Shown here: piece by piece, positions 1 through 12,876 of the stretch | How the letters are laid out: every line of letters starts with the position of its first letter | Position numbering within the stretch: the stretch's first letter is position 1 | Source: Octopus vulgaris | Lineage: Eukaryota | Reading direction: 5' to 3' | Length of the DNA: 64,000 bases | NCBI GenBank assembly: GCA_951406725.2 | Contig: OX597819.1 | Coordinates: forward strand, 32,798,001 to 32,862,000 | The notes under the pieces: model-generated | Seen by the model: the letters and a program-made list of their open reading frames with translations, nothing else | Told to the model about the DNA's origin: nothing | The model's database searches: none | Position numbers and translations under genes: made by a program

Positions 1-10
1 TTTTTTCAAA

Positions 11-173
11 GGCGCAGGAGTGGCTGTGTGGTAAGTAGCTTGCTAACCAACCACATGGTTCCGGGTTCAGTCCCACTGCGTGGTACCTTGGGCAAGTGTC
101 TTCTACTATAGCCTCGGGCCGACCAAAGCCTTGTGAGTGGATTTGGTAGACGGAAACTGAAAGAAGCCCGTCG

Positions 174-204
<31 letters not shown>

Positions 205-420
205 GCGTGTGTGTGTTTGTGTGTCTGTGTTTGTTCCCCTAGCATTGCTTGACAACCGATGCTGGTGTGTTTATGTCCCCGTTACTTAGCGGTTCGGCAA
301 AAGAAACCGACAGAATAAGTACTGGGCTTACAAAAGAATAAGTCCCGGGGTCGAGTTGCTCGATTAAAGGCGGTGCTCCAGCATGGCCGCAGTCAAATGA
401 CTGAAACAAGTAAAAGAGTA
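11..420 (+). mobile_element. tRNA-derived SINE, family A (full length)
   Basis: A box TGGCTGTGTGG, B box GGTTCAGTCCC, CORE-like CCTTGGGCAAGT, internal (TA)n(TG)n, tail CAGTCAAATGACTGAAACAAGTAAAAGAGT; many copies in window. Confidence 0.92.
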
Positions 421-692
421 AGTTCTCGAAAGAATTGTTTCGTTTTGCTGTTGAATGTTCGTTTTGTTCAAAGAATCGTTGGCATTTTTCATAGCGACGA
501 ATTCTTTAATTCATTAAGTGAGGATGACTTTATTAGTAGCTCTTTGGTTTCTGGTACATATTTTTGTTTATACTGTAGCGCTGTAGTATTTGTGCCTCTG
601 TTCTTCTTTTAGTTGTACTGCTTTTTTATTGATATCATTTCTAATTGAGAAGTCATTTTCCTTCATTTCTATCTTTAAAAAAAAAATATTTT

Positions 693-1186
<494 letters not shown>

Positions 1187-2210
1187 TTTACCGTGTTGTT
1201 CGCTTCAGTTTTGATACTTCTTTTTGAATGTATCTGAGGGAATTCCAACTTCTGTTTGTAACCACAATGGCTACTGCATATATTATTACTTCAGTTAGCT
1301 TCGTAATGTTCAAGCTCAGATTTGTTTCATTTGATTTTGTGATAGCCATTTTTTAAAAATTATTTTTACTTTATCGTCGAGTTTTATCACTGTGAGGTGT
1401 ATCCGTTGATTCAGAAGAAAATAATCTTTTGCTCATTAATTATTGAATTATACCCCGTTTTACCGTGTCAGGGTCATGATTTTCACTTTTAGAAGTTTCC
1501 ATTTTTAAATCTCTCCTATATTCTCTGCTTTTATTTATATTTTTGCATTTACAGTTCAGATTTCGTTTTTATTGATCATTATTGTGCAGTTCCAGGGATT
1601 TTTCCTCGTGTTTTAATTTTTATTTCGTTTTCGTTGATCGTGCTAGTTTTATCTTCATGGATTACGTTAGGTATTTTATTGGTCATTCATCATCATCCCT
1701 CGACGTAGATAAACAACCAGTCCCTCCTAGTCAGTATTCACAATACGACCGATCTTCACACTTAACCCTGATGCTTGTACGATTTATTGTACTATCTATT
1801 CCGTCGATCGCTGAATACAAAAACGTTGATCAAGAGATCTCCGTTCAGGTTATTTTCTTGAGTCAGCATCTCACCCGCGTGATTATCTTTCATTGCGTTG
1901 ATTTTTCCACGTACAAGATAGCTACCTCCTTTTTCTCTCCTTTTCGTTTCTTACACAATGTTGGATGGTCGCTGACTTCCCTGAGTTTTTCTGCCCTTTG
2001 TCGGGTTTTGCTTTTCATCTCGCAAGGTGTCGAATTATCACTTTCTTCAGCAAGCAAGCTTGCTGATGTTGCCGAATTAGTTGCCGCCTACCCGACCATA
2101 CCAAAGGTTTTACTGGTTTGCATAATACAGTAGCGTACAAGAGTGATCTGCCATTACCTGTTTTTTCATAAAGCATTTCCTTTATTTTTGATGCTCTATT
2201 TCAAAGTGAG

Positions 2211-2211
2211 A

Positions 2212-2272
<61 letters not shown>

Positions 2273-2274
2273 CA

Positions 2275-2316
<42 letters not shown>
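2211..2316. repeat. (ATT)n microsatellite
   Basis: Read directly; further (ATT)n tracts at 3154-3256, 3459-3665, 4222-4290. Confidence 0.97.
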
Positions 2317-2317
<1 letters not shown>

Positions 2318-3153
2318 TGTAGTTTTATTTTTATAGCGTGCTTTCACTTCACTACCGAGCGCAGCTCTGTGTGCCTTGGGTATGTGCTGTGATTTGTTGT
2401 GATGCTCTGATGGTTATTGTATGGAAAGTGTTCTGCGTAGGATGTGTGCAGTGCCTAGTAGTGCAATTTTCTGTATGTTATATGTGTTTGTAAGTCCTGG
2501 TGTTTTTGTTATGTATTTGTCTGAATATTTTTTTATCATGCCTAATGCACCTACTATGATAGGAATTGTTTCTGTTTTCAGATTCCACATTCTAGTTACC
2601 TCTATTTCCAGGTCTTTGTATTTTGAGAGTTTCTCCATTTCTTTTAGAGACACGTTGTCATCAGCCGGTATTGATACATCAATTAGAAAGCATTTTTTTC
2701 TTCATGGTCTCTGACAACTATATCTGGTCTGTTGGCCTTAATTTCTCTATCTGTGTGTATCGGCATATCCCAGAGTATGGTTGCTTTCTCGTTTTCTGTG
2801 ACCTTTTCTGGTGTGTGCCTATACCATCTTTTTTCTGTTGTTATTCCATAATGTTGGCATAGCTTCCAATGTATGTAGGTTCCAAATCTGTCATGTCTGT
2901 GAATATATTCCTTCTTAGCCAGGACTGGGCAGCTAGAGATAATATGATTTATTGTTTCTTGTCCATCTCCACATATTCTGCAGTTACTTGTAATATTTCT
3001 TTTCATTACATGTTTTTGGTAATTTCTGGTGGGGAGGCTTTGGTCTTGTGCTGCAATTAAAAATCCCTCTGTTTCTGCTTTGAGTCCTGAGCTTCTCAAC
3101 CATTGTTGGGATTTTTCTTTGTCTATTTCTTTTGCGTTTAGTTTAGTCCAGTA
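2317..3153 (-). mobile_element. 5'-truncated R4/Dong-clade non-LTR retrotransposon (CCHC knuckle, restriction-like endonuclease, 3' UTR)
   Basis: ORFs 2683-3267 and 2414-2653: AAQDQSL, CRICGDGQETINHIISSC, RHD, NRPDIVV, EKLSKYKDL, IQKIALLGTAHILR; one frameshift at the T run ~2693-2699; (ATT)n on both sides. Confidence 0.9.
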
Positions 3154-3256
<103 letters not shown>

Positions 3257-3485
3257 TTCATATACACTCAATTTAGTCTGATGGAAGAGAAAAGAATCCT
3301 ACCACCGGGCTACAACAAGTAGCATTAGATGCCAAGAATCTTCCTACTGGGTTATGCCAGGTAACCTTAGATACAAAGGACCCCCATAATTATCCTAACT
3401 GTTCCTAATGACACTGGTTTCTGAAGCTGTACTAAAGTAGGTTTTATTCCTCTATCCTATTATTATCGTTATTATCGTTATCATC

Positions 3486-3539
<54 letters not shown>

Positions 3540-3594
3540 ATTATTATTATTATTATTATTATTATAATTATTATTATTATTATTATTATTATTA

Positions 3595-3665
<71 letters not shown>

Positions 3666-4220
3666 GAATGAGACAGTAGTGCATGCCATCAAAGTGATAC
3701 TGGGGTAAAATATACCAAGCCCAGTATACCCATCATGATACCCGCGTCTGATAAGGGTATACTAGGCACATGCATCACAACCATATGTGAGCGACATGGT
3801 GATCTCATATCAAGATAAACAGCGCATGACCTTGCGGGTGGGGCCCAGTTAGAATTTTCTTCTTGTCGAGTAGCCCATCCCGCTCAAAAGGTCCTTGGAT
3901 AAGGATTGTTTAAGAATGTTGAAAGAACCACCCATGTTACCAAAGGTGAATTATCCAAACCACTAAGAATTCCTTTCAGCACACGGCTATGATGTTCCCC
4001 CACTACTTCTGCTCGTGATCAGAGATGCACATATCGTCAGCCACTGAGGGCCATGCTCAACTGGTTAAGGTCAAACAACTGACAAGCAAATCTGTGGTAC
4101 TGAGCAGAATATTTGCTGTAGCCCATCTTTTATACCAAGGCAAAACAATGTACATAATAACACTTCCAATCAGTTAAGATCAGAAGCCATGAGAGCCACT
4201 GCCTGGTACTGCATCAGGGC

Positions 4221-4221
<1 letters not shown>
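3666..4221. mobile_element. Unclassified interspersed repeat (family E) inside an (ATT)n tract
   Basis: Homologous diverged copy at 5037-5570; no ORF or TIR seen. Confidence 0.75.
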
Positions 4222-4289
<68 letters not shown>

Positions 4290-5036
4290 TACTATTCCCT
4301 TTAAGAATGTTATTTCTCAAGCGATCTAGCTTGTAGGGTTTCCGCGGTACATCAAGAATTGAGCTATGTTACTTCCAAATTTTGTACGAAAACACTATTG
4401 TATTTTCTCTTTGTGATAGGTATACCGCTGTAATATTTGTATGAAGAACTGAAACATATTCCTCTGATGTCCATTTATGCATTTTTAATTAATTTATGAC
4501 ACTTGAAGAGTAGAGACTAGCATTTTATTTAAAGTGACGTCATTTTCGTCGAGTACTGATTTATCTCTTACTGTTACTGCTAGAAAGTTTTGCACGTGTG
4601 GTTTTTAGAGCTTTTTCGTGCAACAAGTTCAAAGTACTTACTCCCCAATCAAGCATCTCGCGCTCAATGATACGGTTTTTATTTGAATTATTTGCCCTTT
4701 TCTTGTGTTTGTTGTTGTGCACTGTCTGATGTTGATACGGACCAAGCTTCAAGAGCCGTGATTACATTCTGTGTGAGGACGTTGGATTCTGTAAACACTT
4801 ATAATAATGTTATCTATATGTGGTTAATATCAATAAATTTCATAGACAAATACTTACACAGTTGTCTCTGAGTACTTCGTCAGTTTTTCGGTTTCCTTTG
4901 TTGACAATGTCACTCCGATATTTCTATATAAACTTTCAGAGAAACGAATATTAAACGCCCTTCCTCCTCTCGTTCCTATCCTCTTCCTACCCTTTCGTCT
5001 TCCTCCCTTCCCCTCCTCCCCTTCCCCTCCTCCTCC

Positions 5037-5570
5037 CACATGCATCACAACCATGTGTGCGCGACATGTTGCTCTCATATCAACACAAACAGCACATGAC
5101 CTTGCAGGTGGTGCCCAATTAGATTTTTGTTCAAGTCGTCTATCCCTCTCAAAAGATTCTGGAATAAAGGTTGTTTAAGGATGATGAACGAAACACTCAT
5201 GTTTCTGACGGTGAATAATCCAAACCCCAAAGAATTCCCCTCGGCACATGGCTATAAGGCTCACCCACTACTCCTGCTCATGATCAGAGACGAACATACA
5301 GTCAGCCACTAAAGGATAAGCTCAAGTTGTGAAGATCAAGCAACTGACAATCAAATCTGTGGTATTGAGAAGAATATTTGCTGTAGCCTATGTTTTACAC
5401 CAAGACAAAACATGTACCTGATAACACTTTCAACCATCAAGATCAGTGGCTATGGAAGTCAATGCCTGGTACTACTCCAGAGCAAGCGAATCTGTAGTAT
5501 TGAGCAGAATATTTGCTGTAAACCATTTTTTATATCAAGACAAAACAAGTAGGTGTTAGAACTTCTAGTC
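5037..5570. mobile_element. Family E, truncated diverged copy with partial internal duplication
   Basis: Aligns to 3767-4221; AATCTGT(G/A)GTATTGAG(C/A)AGAATATTTGCTGTA occurs twice. Confidence 0.75.
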
Positions 5571-5690
5571 AGTATGTGAATGGATACCCAAAGCTATCAC
5601 CTGAAGAAACGCATTTTACGTTTAAGATGAGAAGTTAAGATGAGTGTTATTGGAATGTTAAACTAAATTTTTAAAAGGTTTCATTGGATT

Positions 5691-6072
5691 GGAAGCACTC
5701 CGTCGGTTACGACGATGAGGGTTCCGGTTGATCCGAATCAACGGAACAGCCTGCTCGTGAAATTAACGTGTAAGTGGCTGAGCATTCCACAGACACGTGC
5801 ACCCTTAACGTAGTTCTCGGGGATATTCAGCGTGACACAGAGAGTGACAAGGCCGGCCCCTTGAAATACAGGTACAACAGAAACAGGAAGTAAGAGTGAG
5901 AGAAAGTTGTGGTGAAAGAGTACAGCAGGGATCACCACCACCCCCTGCAGGAGCCTCGTGGAGCTTTAGCTGTTTTCGCTCAATAAACACTCACAATGCC
6001 CGGCCTGGGAATCGAAACCGCGATCCTATGACCGCGAGTCCGCTGCCCTAACCACTGGGCCATTGCGCCTCC
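5691..6072 (-). mobile_element. tRNA-derived SINE family B, tail type 1
   Basis: Head GGAGGCGCAATGGCCCAGTGGTTAGGGC; 12-bp TSD AAAAGGTTTCAT at 5673-5684 and 6073-6084. Confidence 0.93.
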
Positions 6073-6739
6073 AAAAGGTTTCATATATATACGTTCTTCG
6101 ACATTCTAATTTCAAATACACCTGAAGTCAACGGAAACATTAAATCCACTGAAGCCGATGGATCAGAAATAAATATTGACCTTAAAGTAGAGAACATTCA
6201 ATAGTATTTAACCTTTTTCCTGCTCATTTCTGGCCCTTGTAACCATGTGCAAGCACAGTGATATCAATGGTATTGGACGATAAACATCGTTATTTCTACG
6301 TAATACAGAGTATATGATTTCAATGAAACAAACGTTATCGAAGTACGATATGCAGAATCTTTATGTAGATAACATGAACAGATACTGTTGTCCTTTATAA
6401 ATGCTTGTTCCATTCTAGTCAAAATGACTGTTCATGCTTACGGCAATATTTATCAATAGATATCAGATATTGTCAGTTTGTTCACCTGAAAATCATGAAA
6501 TCCTCTATAACTGCTTTGCTTTGTGTTCGTGAATATGAACAGGTGTGTATATCTGCGTGTTGTACAGTTGGTTTGTGTTTATTTACTTTATGTATTTGTA
6601 GTGCCATTACATTCATGTATGTATATATTCTCTCCCTCTCTCTATCTCTTCCTCTTCTCATATATATGTATGTGTGTGCGTGTGTGTTTGTGTGCGTGTG
6701 TGCACTTGTGCAAAGTAACAGAATGAGATAAAAATCCAA

Positions 6740-6781
6740 GGCTGTTTCCGGGATATTTTATATATCCCTTCATCGGAGACG
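6740..6781 (-). ncRNA. Degenerate hammerhead ribozyme relic (Penelope-type)
   Basis: Minus strand GTCT-CCGATGA-A-GGGATAT-ATAAA-ATATCCC-G-GAAACAGC; U4>C in the core and the 3' half of stem III/I is lost. Confidence 0.45.
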
Positions 6782-7340
6782 GTGCGAGAAAATGATTAAG
6801 CAATAGTTATTCTAAGGAAGATATGAAATAGAGAGTGAAGTAGAGGAATGATAACAGACGTGAGATATGCAGGGATATTGCATCTGCAGTTCCATTATTT
6901 AAGCAGAATGGTATACATATAAGTTTCCTGTGCCTTGTGTGTAAGTTCCAGTCGTATTGGTCATTCCAAGCATAGTTTGTAAACGGTGTTATTGGATCGA
7001 GGTTTTTTTTTAAGTGACTTAAAAGTTGGGAATGTTTGTAAGCTCAAATCAAAAACAGGAAGAGGAGAAAAAAGAAAGAGAGGAAAAAAGTGGGGAGAGA
7101 GATTATAAAGAAATGAAGAGAGGGAAAGTGTACTGGCCAGTGGTCAGTCAGGATAAATTGATAGAAGGAATAGAGAGGTGAGAATGAGAGAGAGAGAGAA
7201 AGATATGGGAGTGTAAAGAGATGAAACGGTAAAGAGTAAAAGAGTGTGAGGTATGTAGTGATAGAGCCTAAGTGAAGGGAAGAGAGAGGGGGTAGGTGTA
7301 GTAAAATGGTGGAATGAAGAATGTAGGAATATAGCTTAGG

Positions 7341-7674
7341 GAAGGCGCATGGCTCAGTGGTTAGAGCGTCGAGCTTACGATCGTGAGGTTGTGAGTTCGA
7401 ATCCCAGACCGGGCTGCGTGTTGTGTTCTTGAGCAAGACACTTTATTTCATGTTGCTCCAGTTAAGTCAGCTGTAGAAATGAGTTGCGACCTCACTGGTG
7501 CCAAGCTGTATCGGCTGCTGCCTTTCCCTTGGATAACACTGTTGGCATGGAGAGGGGAAGCCGGTATGCATGGGCAACTTCTGGTCTTCCATAAACAATC
7601 TTGCCCGGACTTGTGCCTGGGAGGGTAACTTTCTAGGTGCAATCCCACGGTCAGTCATGACTGAAGGGTGTCTC
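7341..7674 (+). mobile_element. tRNA-derived SINE family C, tail type 5
   Basis: A box TGGCTCAGTGG, B box GTTCGAATCC; 12-bp TSD AATATAGCTTAG at 7328-7339 and 7675-7686. Confidence 0.92.
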
Positions 7675-7715
7675 AATATAGCTTAGAGGACAGGTCAGAG
7701 CTTAGTAATAGAAGA

Positions 7716-7753
<38 letters not shown>

Positions 7754-7994
7754 CTGTAAAGATATATACACATGCATATATTAAACATGTATATAGGCAT
7801 TTACACACATCAACACATACATATGCATACAAAACTCATGTATGAAGGCTTGCACATGCGTATAATTGTGAGTGTACATATATACACGCACACATGCATA
7901 TACACGCATACACATATATACACGTGCATATACATAGACACACACACAAACAAACAATCACATCTCACACACATACACACGCGACGGCGCACGC

Positions 7995-8070
<76 letters not shown>

Positions 8071-8211
8071 TTTATAAATTTAATAAAAGAAAATGGAGTA
8101 GAAAAGATATAATAGATACTTGGTTCATTTTATTTGTATCATGATGGAAAAGTAATGCATAAAGAAAGAGATACCTATAAGAATAAGCATAAAAGGAACC
8201 GGATTTATATA

Positions 8212-8445
8212 CAGGATTGGTGAAAAGTCACCTGAGAGTAAGTCAAAACCATTTAATTCTAAGATTTATTTATGTTTAACAACTGAATGAATTTAATAAA
8301 AACATCTAAATATGAAACATCATGAAGATTGTTCAAACTGAAGTCCTTCTTGAGCGAACACATTTTTCCATTCGAGTCAATACAGAATTACTGAAAGTAT
8401 TTATGGAATTTTGATTTACTGTCGGGTGACTTTTGGTCAACCTTG
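8212..8445. mobile_element. Tc1/mariner-type MITE
   Basis: Imperfect ~30-bp TIRs (CAGGATTGGTGAAAAGTCACCTGAGAGTAA vs CAAGGTTGACCAAAAGTCACCCGACAGTAA); TA on both sides. Confidence 0.75.
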
Positions 8446-8471
8446 TACATACACACATACGTGTATATCTA

Positions 8472-9620
8472 TTAGCAGAAATACCCTGCGTTGCTCAGGT
8501 TAAAGAGAATAATGAAATTTGAAAACGCCGAGTAGGTTACGCAGGTCTCAACTGCTTGTAGCTGAGATACCAACTTTCTACATTAATAACTCTCCAGCCC
8601 ATGCCAGCAGGGAACATAGATATTAAGTGAAACGTTAGAAGAATGTTTTCAACTCATACGTGTATAGAAAGTAAATGCTCATAATTCAAAAACACGTTTT
8701 TGTAGCTTATTTCGCAACTAAAAAAAAAAAAAGAAACAGGCACAGATTATAAACACTGAAAGGTCAATTTTGGTGGTTCATTTGATAGAGGTAGGGATCC
8801 AATCCTATGATAAACTTGCCCTTGAATCTTGAAAGTTTGCATGAATCCTGGATCAGTTAAATCTCTTGTGGCTCCAAATGATATCATCTCTAGTGCAACG
8901 TTGTATTGTCTAATTTTGTTATGGAAGCCCTTGAAATTTTGGTCAGCTGACGACAACAGTTTCTTCAATGGCTCTGGAGCTGGGAGATTGCAGTGAGTTT
9001 AACCTTTCAAACACTGTAGAACAGTGCAGGTGTCTCTCCAGGCCACTTCCTTGCTTTACATTGTATGCACTCAGTTGTCATTGCACCAATGGAAATTCTA
9101 GTGTCATCTGCAGAATCAACTGCTGGATCATAATTGAAAGCTGCTTCAAAGAAGTTGCTTTTCTGAGCTGTCGCAACTGCTCTTCGTTCTACAGTGGAGT
9201 CCTATTCCTTGTCAGCCATGCATACCTCTGTTCATCACTTTGAGATGCTCTGGCCTCTGTAGTGCACTGTCTGTTCGTTTCTTGGTATGCTTCCTTTTCT
9301 GCAGCTGTCTCTCCTTCCTCGGATTGAGACATTCTTTTGGCTGAGCTTGACGTTGTAGAGAAATTTGACACGTTTCTTCTAGACATGGTTATATACGTAT
9401 ACAGAAATACACGGGTACAGAAGATAGTAAACAATGAAAAGAACTGGGTAACGGAAATTATATTTCTTAATGCGACAGACAGAAAGTAAATAAGAAATTT
9501 TTCGGAAAATAAAGAATTGTATGGGTTGAAGTGAATCAAATACTCAGTATCGAAGGAACCAGATAGAGAGATATAGAGAGATAGAGACAGATAGAGAGAG
9601 ATGGATAGAGAAATATAGAT
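8472..9620 (-). mobile_element. Internally deleted Helitron: RepHel N-terminus joined to a 3' terminus
   Basis: CIQCKARKWPGE zinc motif and IRQYN...SFG...TFKIQGQVYHRIGSL (ORF 8747-8968); 3' hairpin CCTGAGCAACGCAGG then CTAA|T; 5' boundary approximate. Confidence 0.8.
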
Positions 9621-9888
9621 GTCACTGACGCTAGAAAACCATAAGTAATTTATTTAAAAAAACTTTTAAATACGTGAATCTAATATAAAAATGAATACGT
9701 TCACCGCAGGGAAAGTTTACCGAGAAAATGAATCCGTCGTATCTCACCATTAATAGTTTAATCTATTTTATTGAAAAAAAAAACCCAGAAAATACAATCA
9801 GTGAATTGATGACGGTGAACTTACCGGACATTTATTCAACCAAATAGTTACATACTTATATTTATAGTTGTATGTCATGTGCTTCCTG

Positions 9889-10030
9889 AGGGTTCCGCTT
9901 GATCCAATCAATTGAACAGTCTGCTCGTGAAATCAGCGTGCAAGTGGTTGAGGGCTCCAAAAACACGCATACCCTTAACGTAATTCGCAGGGAGAACTAT
10001 GCGTGTAATATTCAATGTTACAAAAGCTGA
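9889..10030 (-). mobile_element. Old fragment of SINE tail type 1
   Basis: Diverged match to 5719-5860 (GGGTTCC..GATCC..CTGCTCGTGAAAT..ACCCTTAACGTA). Confidence 0.75.
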
Positions 10031-10268
10031 TATCACTGGAATATTACTCTCTACACAAAGCCATGTAATGACCAAAATATTCTGTCTGCTCTACAACGTG
10101 CAGCTTCCAGTAAAAAAAAAAATTTTTTAAGCCAATGTTTGTTTGATAACAAAAGCAAGGACGCAAATTGAACTGAGTAGTGGAGACATAAATACACTCG
10201 TTTAGAAACTATTTTAGATTTCTTTTAAATTTCCTTCACTTTCTCTCTCCGAAAGTCTGATGAGGCGA

Positions 10269-10385
10269 AAGTATTCTTCGTCCACAAGACATTAAATAAT
10301 GTTGAGGTGAGTCAAACCCCAACCAAAGGTGTTGAGTGATACTTTCTTTTACTATCTCATGTATGAATGCATACACACACACACG

Positions 10386-10473
<88 letters not shown>

Positions 10474-10474
10474 C

Positions 10475-10567
<93 letters not shown>

Positions 10568-10943
10568 TATATGTGAAGGCGCGTGTCTTAGTGGTTAGGG
10601 CATTCGGCTCACGATTGTATGGTCGTGTCCTTGAGCAAGACGTTTTATTTCACGTTGCTCCAGTCCACTCAGCTGACAAAAATGAGTTGTACCTGTATTT
10701 CAAAGGGCCGGCCTTGTCACACTTTGTGTCACGCTGAATCTGCCTGAGAACTACGTTAGGGGTACGCGTGACTGTGGACTGCTCAGTCACTTGCACGGTA
10801 ATTTCACGAGCAGGCTGTTCCGTTGATTGTATTAGCTGGGACCTTCGTCGTCGTAACAGACGGAGTGCTCCATCACTCAACATCTTTGGATGGAGTTTGA
10901 CTCACCTCAAGATTATTTAATGTCTTGTGGACGAAGAATACTT
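10269..10943. repeat. 72-bp inverted repeat pair enclosing a microsatellite and a SINE
   Basis: 10269-10340 is the near reverse complement of 10872-10943. Confidence 0.85.
10575..10871 (+). mobile_element. Chimeric SINE: family C head + tail type 1
   Basis: Head matches 7341-7485 (B box deleted); after AATGAGTTG it switches to TACCTGTATTTCAAAGGGCCGG...GACGGAGTGCTCC. Confidence 0.87.
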
Positions 10944-11005
10944 ATATATATATACATGCATACACACACACGCACACACACACACACACATACACACACA
11001 CACAT

Positions 11006-11049
<44 letters not shown>

Positions 11050-11775
11050 ACATACACACACACACACACACACATATGCATATACTTACACAAACACGCA
11101 CATATACGTATATATACATATACGAATATCTGTGTTTCTTACGCACACATATGTTTATATTATACATCTTCACCTCTTACCACGAAACCCAACAATATCC
11201 GATTTATATAGCAAATTTCGAGAATTTTGACGCATTTTCCTTAGAACTTAAAACACAACTCATAGTTACATCACAACACACACGCGCACGCACGCACATA
11301 CACACGTGCGCACATATATATATTTATAGCCTATAAGTTTCACAAGATATATATATTCTTTATTCAGAATATATTCTTAGTGAATATATACGTATGTGTG
11401 TGAATATATATATATATATATACATGCGTATCTTCTTTAAATCTGCGGCCAGAAACCTATGCAAATATTAGTTGAAGAATCTTGCCACAAAAAAGTTTGT
11501 TACAACGAAATATAATCGAATTCACAATAAGCAAAATTTATTCCTATAACGGAATAAAATACACAAAAAAAATCCTAAATCGTCATACGCACAGTGAACA
11601 TTGAGATTTAAAACGATAACTTACATATGTATTCTCAATACGTTATGGAACATTCGAATGTGAATATGCTAATCTCTGCTTGTTTCGTCACAGTAGCACA
11701 GCTTCACCTTTACGATGAATATGCGCTAATATACATTTGTGTGTGTGATACTTATATAAACGTATATATATATAT

Positions 11776-11886
11776 AAACGTAAAAGACTTGTTTTATTTA
11801 TATTCCTGAGCGCCATACTAATACAATTGTTTGTTTGTATTCCACCTGCCTTCGTCTTTTGTTTATTTTCATAAAGCTTCCCGTTA
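11776..11886 (+). mobile_element. Penelope-like terminal (pLTR) fragment
   Basis: Reverse complement of 26427-26535; starts with AAACGTAAAAGAC, the 3' half of the hammerhead seen at 26525-26562. Confidence 0.6.
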
Positions 11887-11900
11887 TATATATATATATA

Positions 11901-12304
11901 GGCATAGTTTCGGTTGTAGTAGCACAGATTTCCGTCGATTTCCGTAAAAAACTTTTATTTTTTTACATAAGTAATGAGAGCGAAAGAGACTAAGAGGAAG
12001 CGATTTTACGACGAGAAGGTTTCACTTTGAAGTCGGCCTGTGTGTGTTTGATGGGGTGTGGGAGACAGACAGTATGTTGTGTAAGTGAAGTGCTTCTGTT
12101 AGTATGTGTGAAGAGACAGACATACATATACACATACACCGAGTAAAAAATTACTATGAATCGGCCATACATACATACACACACACACATACATAGATAC
12201 ATACACACACACACATACATACATACATACACACACACATACTTACACACACACACACACATAGATACATACACACACACACATACATAGATACATACAC
12301 ACAC

Positions 12305-12343
<39 letters not shown>

Positions 12344-12832
12344 TAGAAACATACACACACACACATACATGCAGACATACATATACACATACACCGAGTA
12401 AAAAATTACTATGAATCGGCCATACATACATACATACACACACACACATACATAGATACATACACACACACACATACATACATACATACACACACACATA
12501 CTTACACACACACACATACATAGATACATACACACACACACACATACATGCATACATACATATACACATACACCGAGTAAAAAATCAGTTATCTCTCTCT
12601 TTCACACATTACTCTCTCTGTCTCTTCGCACACACTAACAGAAGCACTTCACTTACACAACATACTGTCTGTCTCCACACCCCATCAAACACACACAGGC
12701 CTACTTCAAAGTGAAACCTTCTCGTCGTAAAATCGCTTCCTCTTAGTCTCTTTCGCTCTCATTACTTATGTAAAAAAATAAAAGTTTTTTACGGAAATCG
12801 ACGGAAATCTGATCTACGACATACGAAACTTC

Positions 12833-12835
<3 letters not shown>
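11901..12835. mobile_element. Foldback/MITE with ~220-bp TIRs and a tandem-repeat core
   Basis: 11901-12120 is the near-perfect reverse complement of 12616-12835; GGC...GCC termini within (TA)n; unit CATACACCGAGTAAAAAAT repeated three times. Confidence 0.9.

Positions 12836-12873
<38 letters not shown>

Positions 12874-12876
<3 letters not shown>

Noticed and set aside
1582-2133. 183-aa plus-strand ORF
   Set aside because: Non-ATG start, no domain; probably the antisense shadow of the decayed minus-strand sequence
4535-4542. TGACGTCA CRE palindrome as a promoter element
   Set aside because: An isolated 8-mer is expected by chance; no linked gene or transcription start evidence
7344-7415. 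tRNA-like sequence with A and B boxes (also heads at 11, 39148, 39954, 58153)
   Set aside because: Acceptor stem does not pair and each continues into a SINE body; these are SINE heads, not tRNA genes
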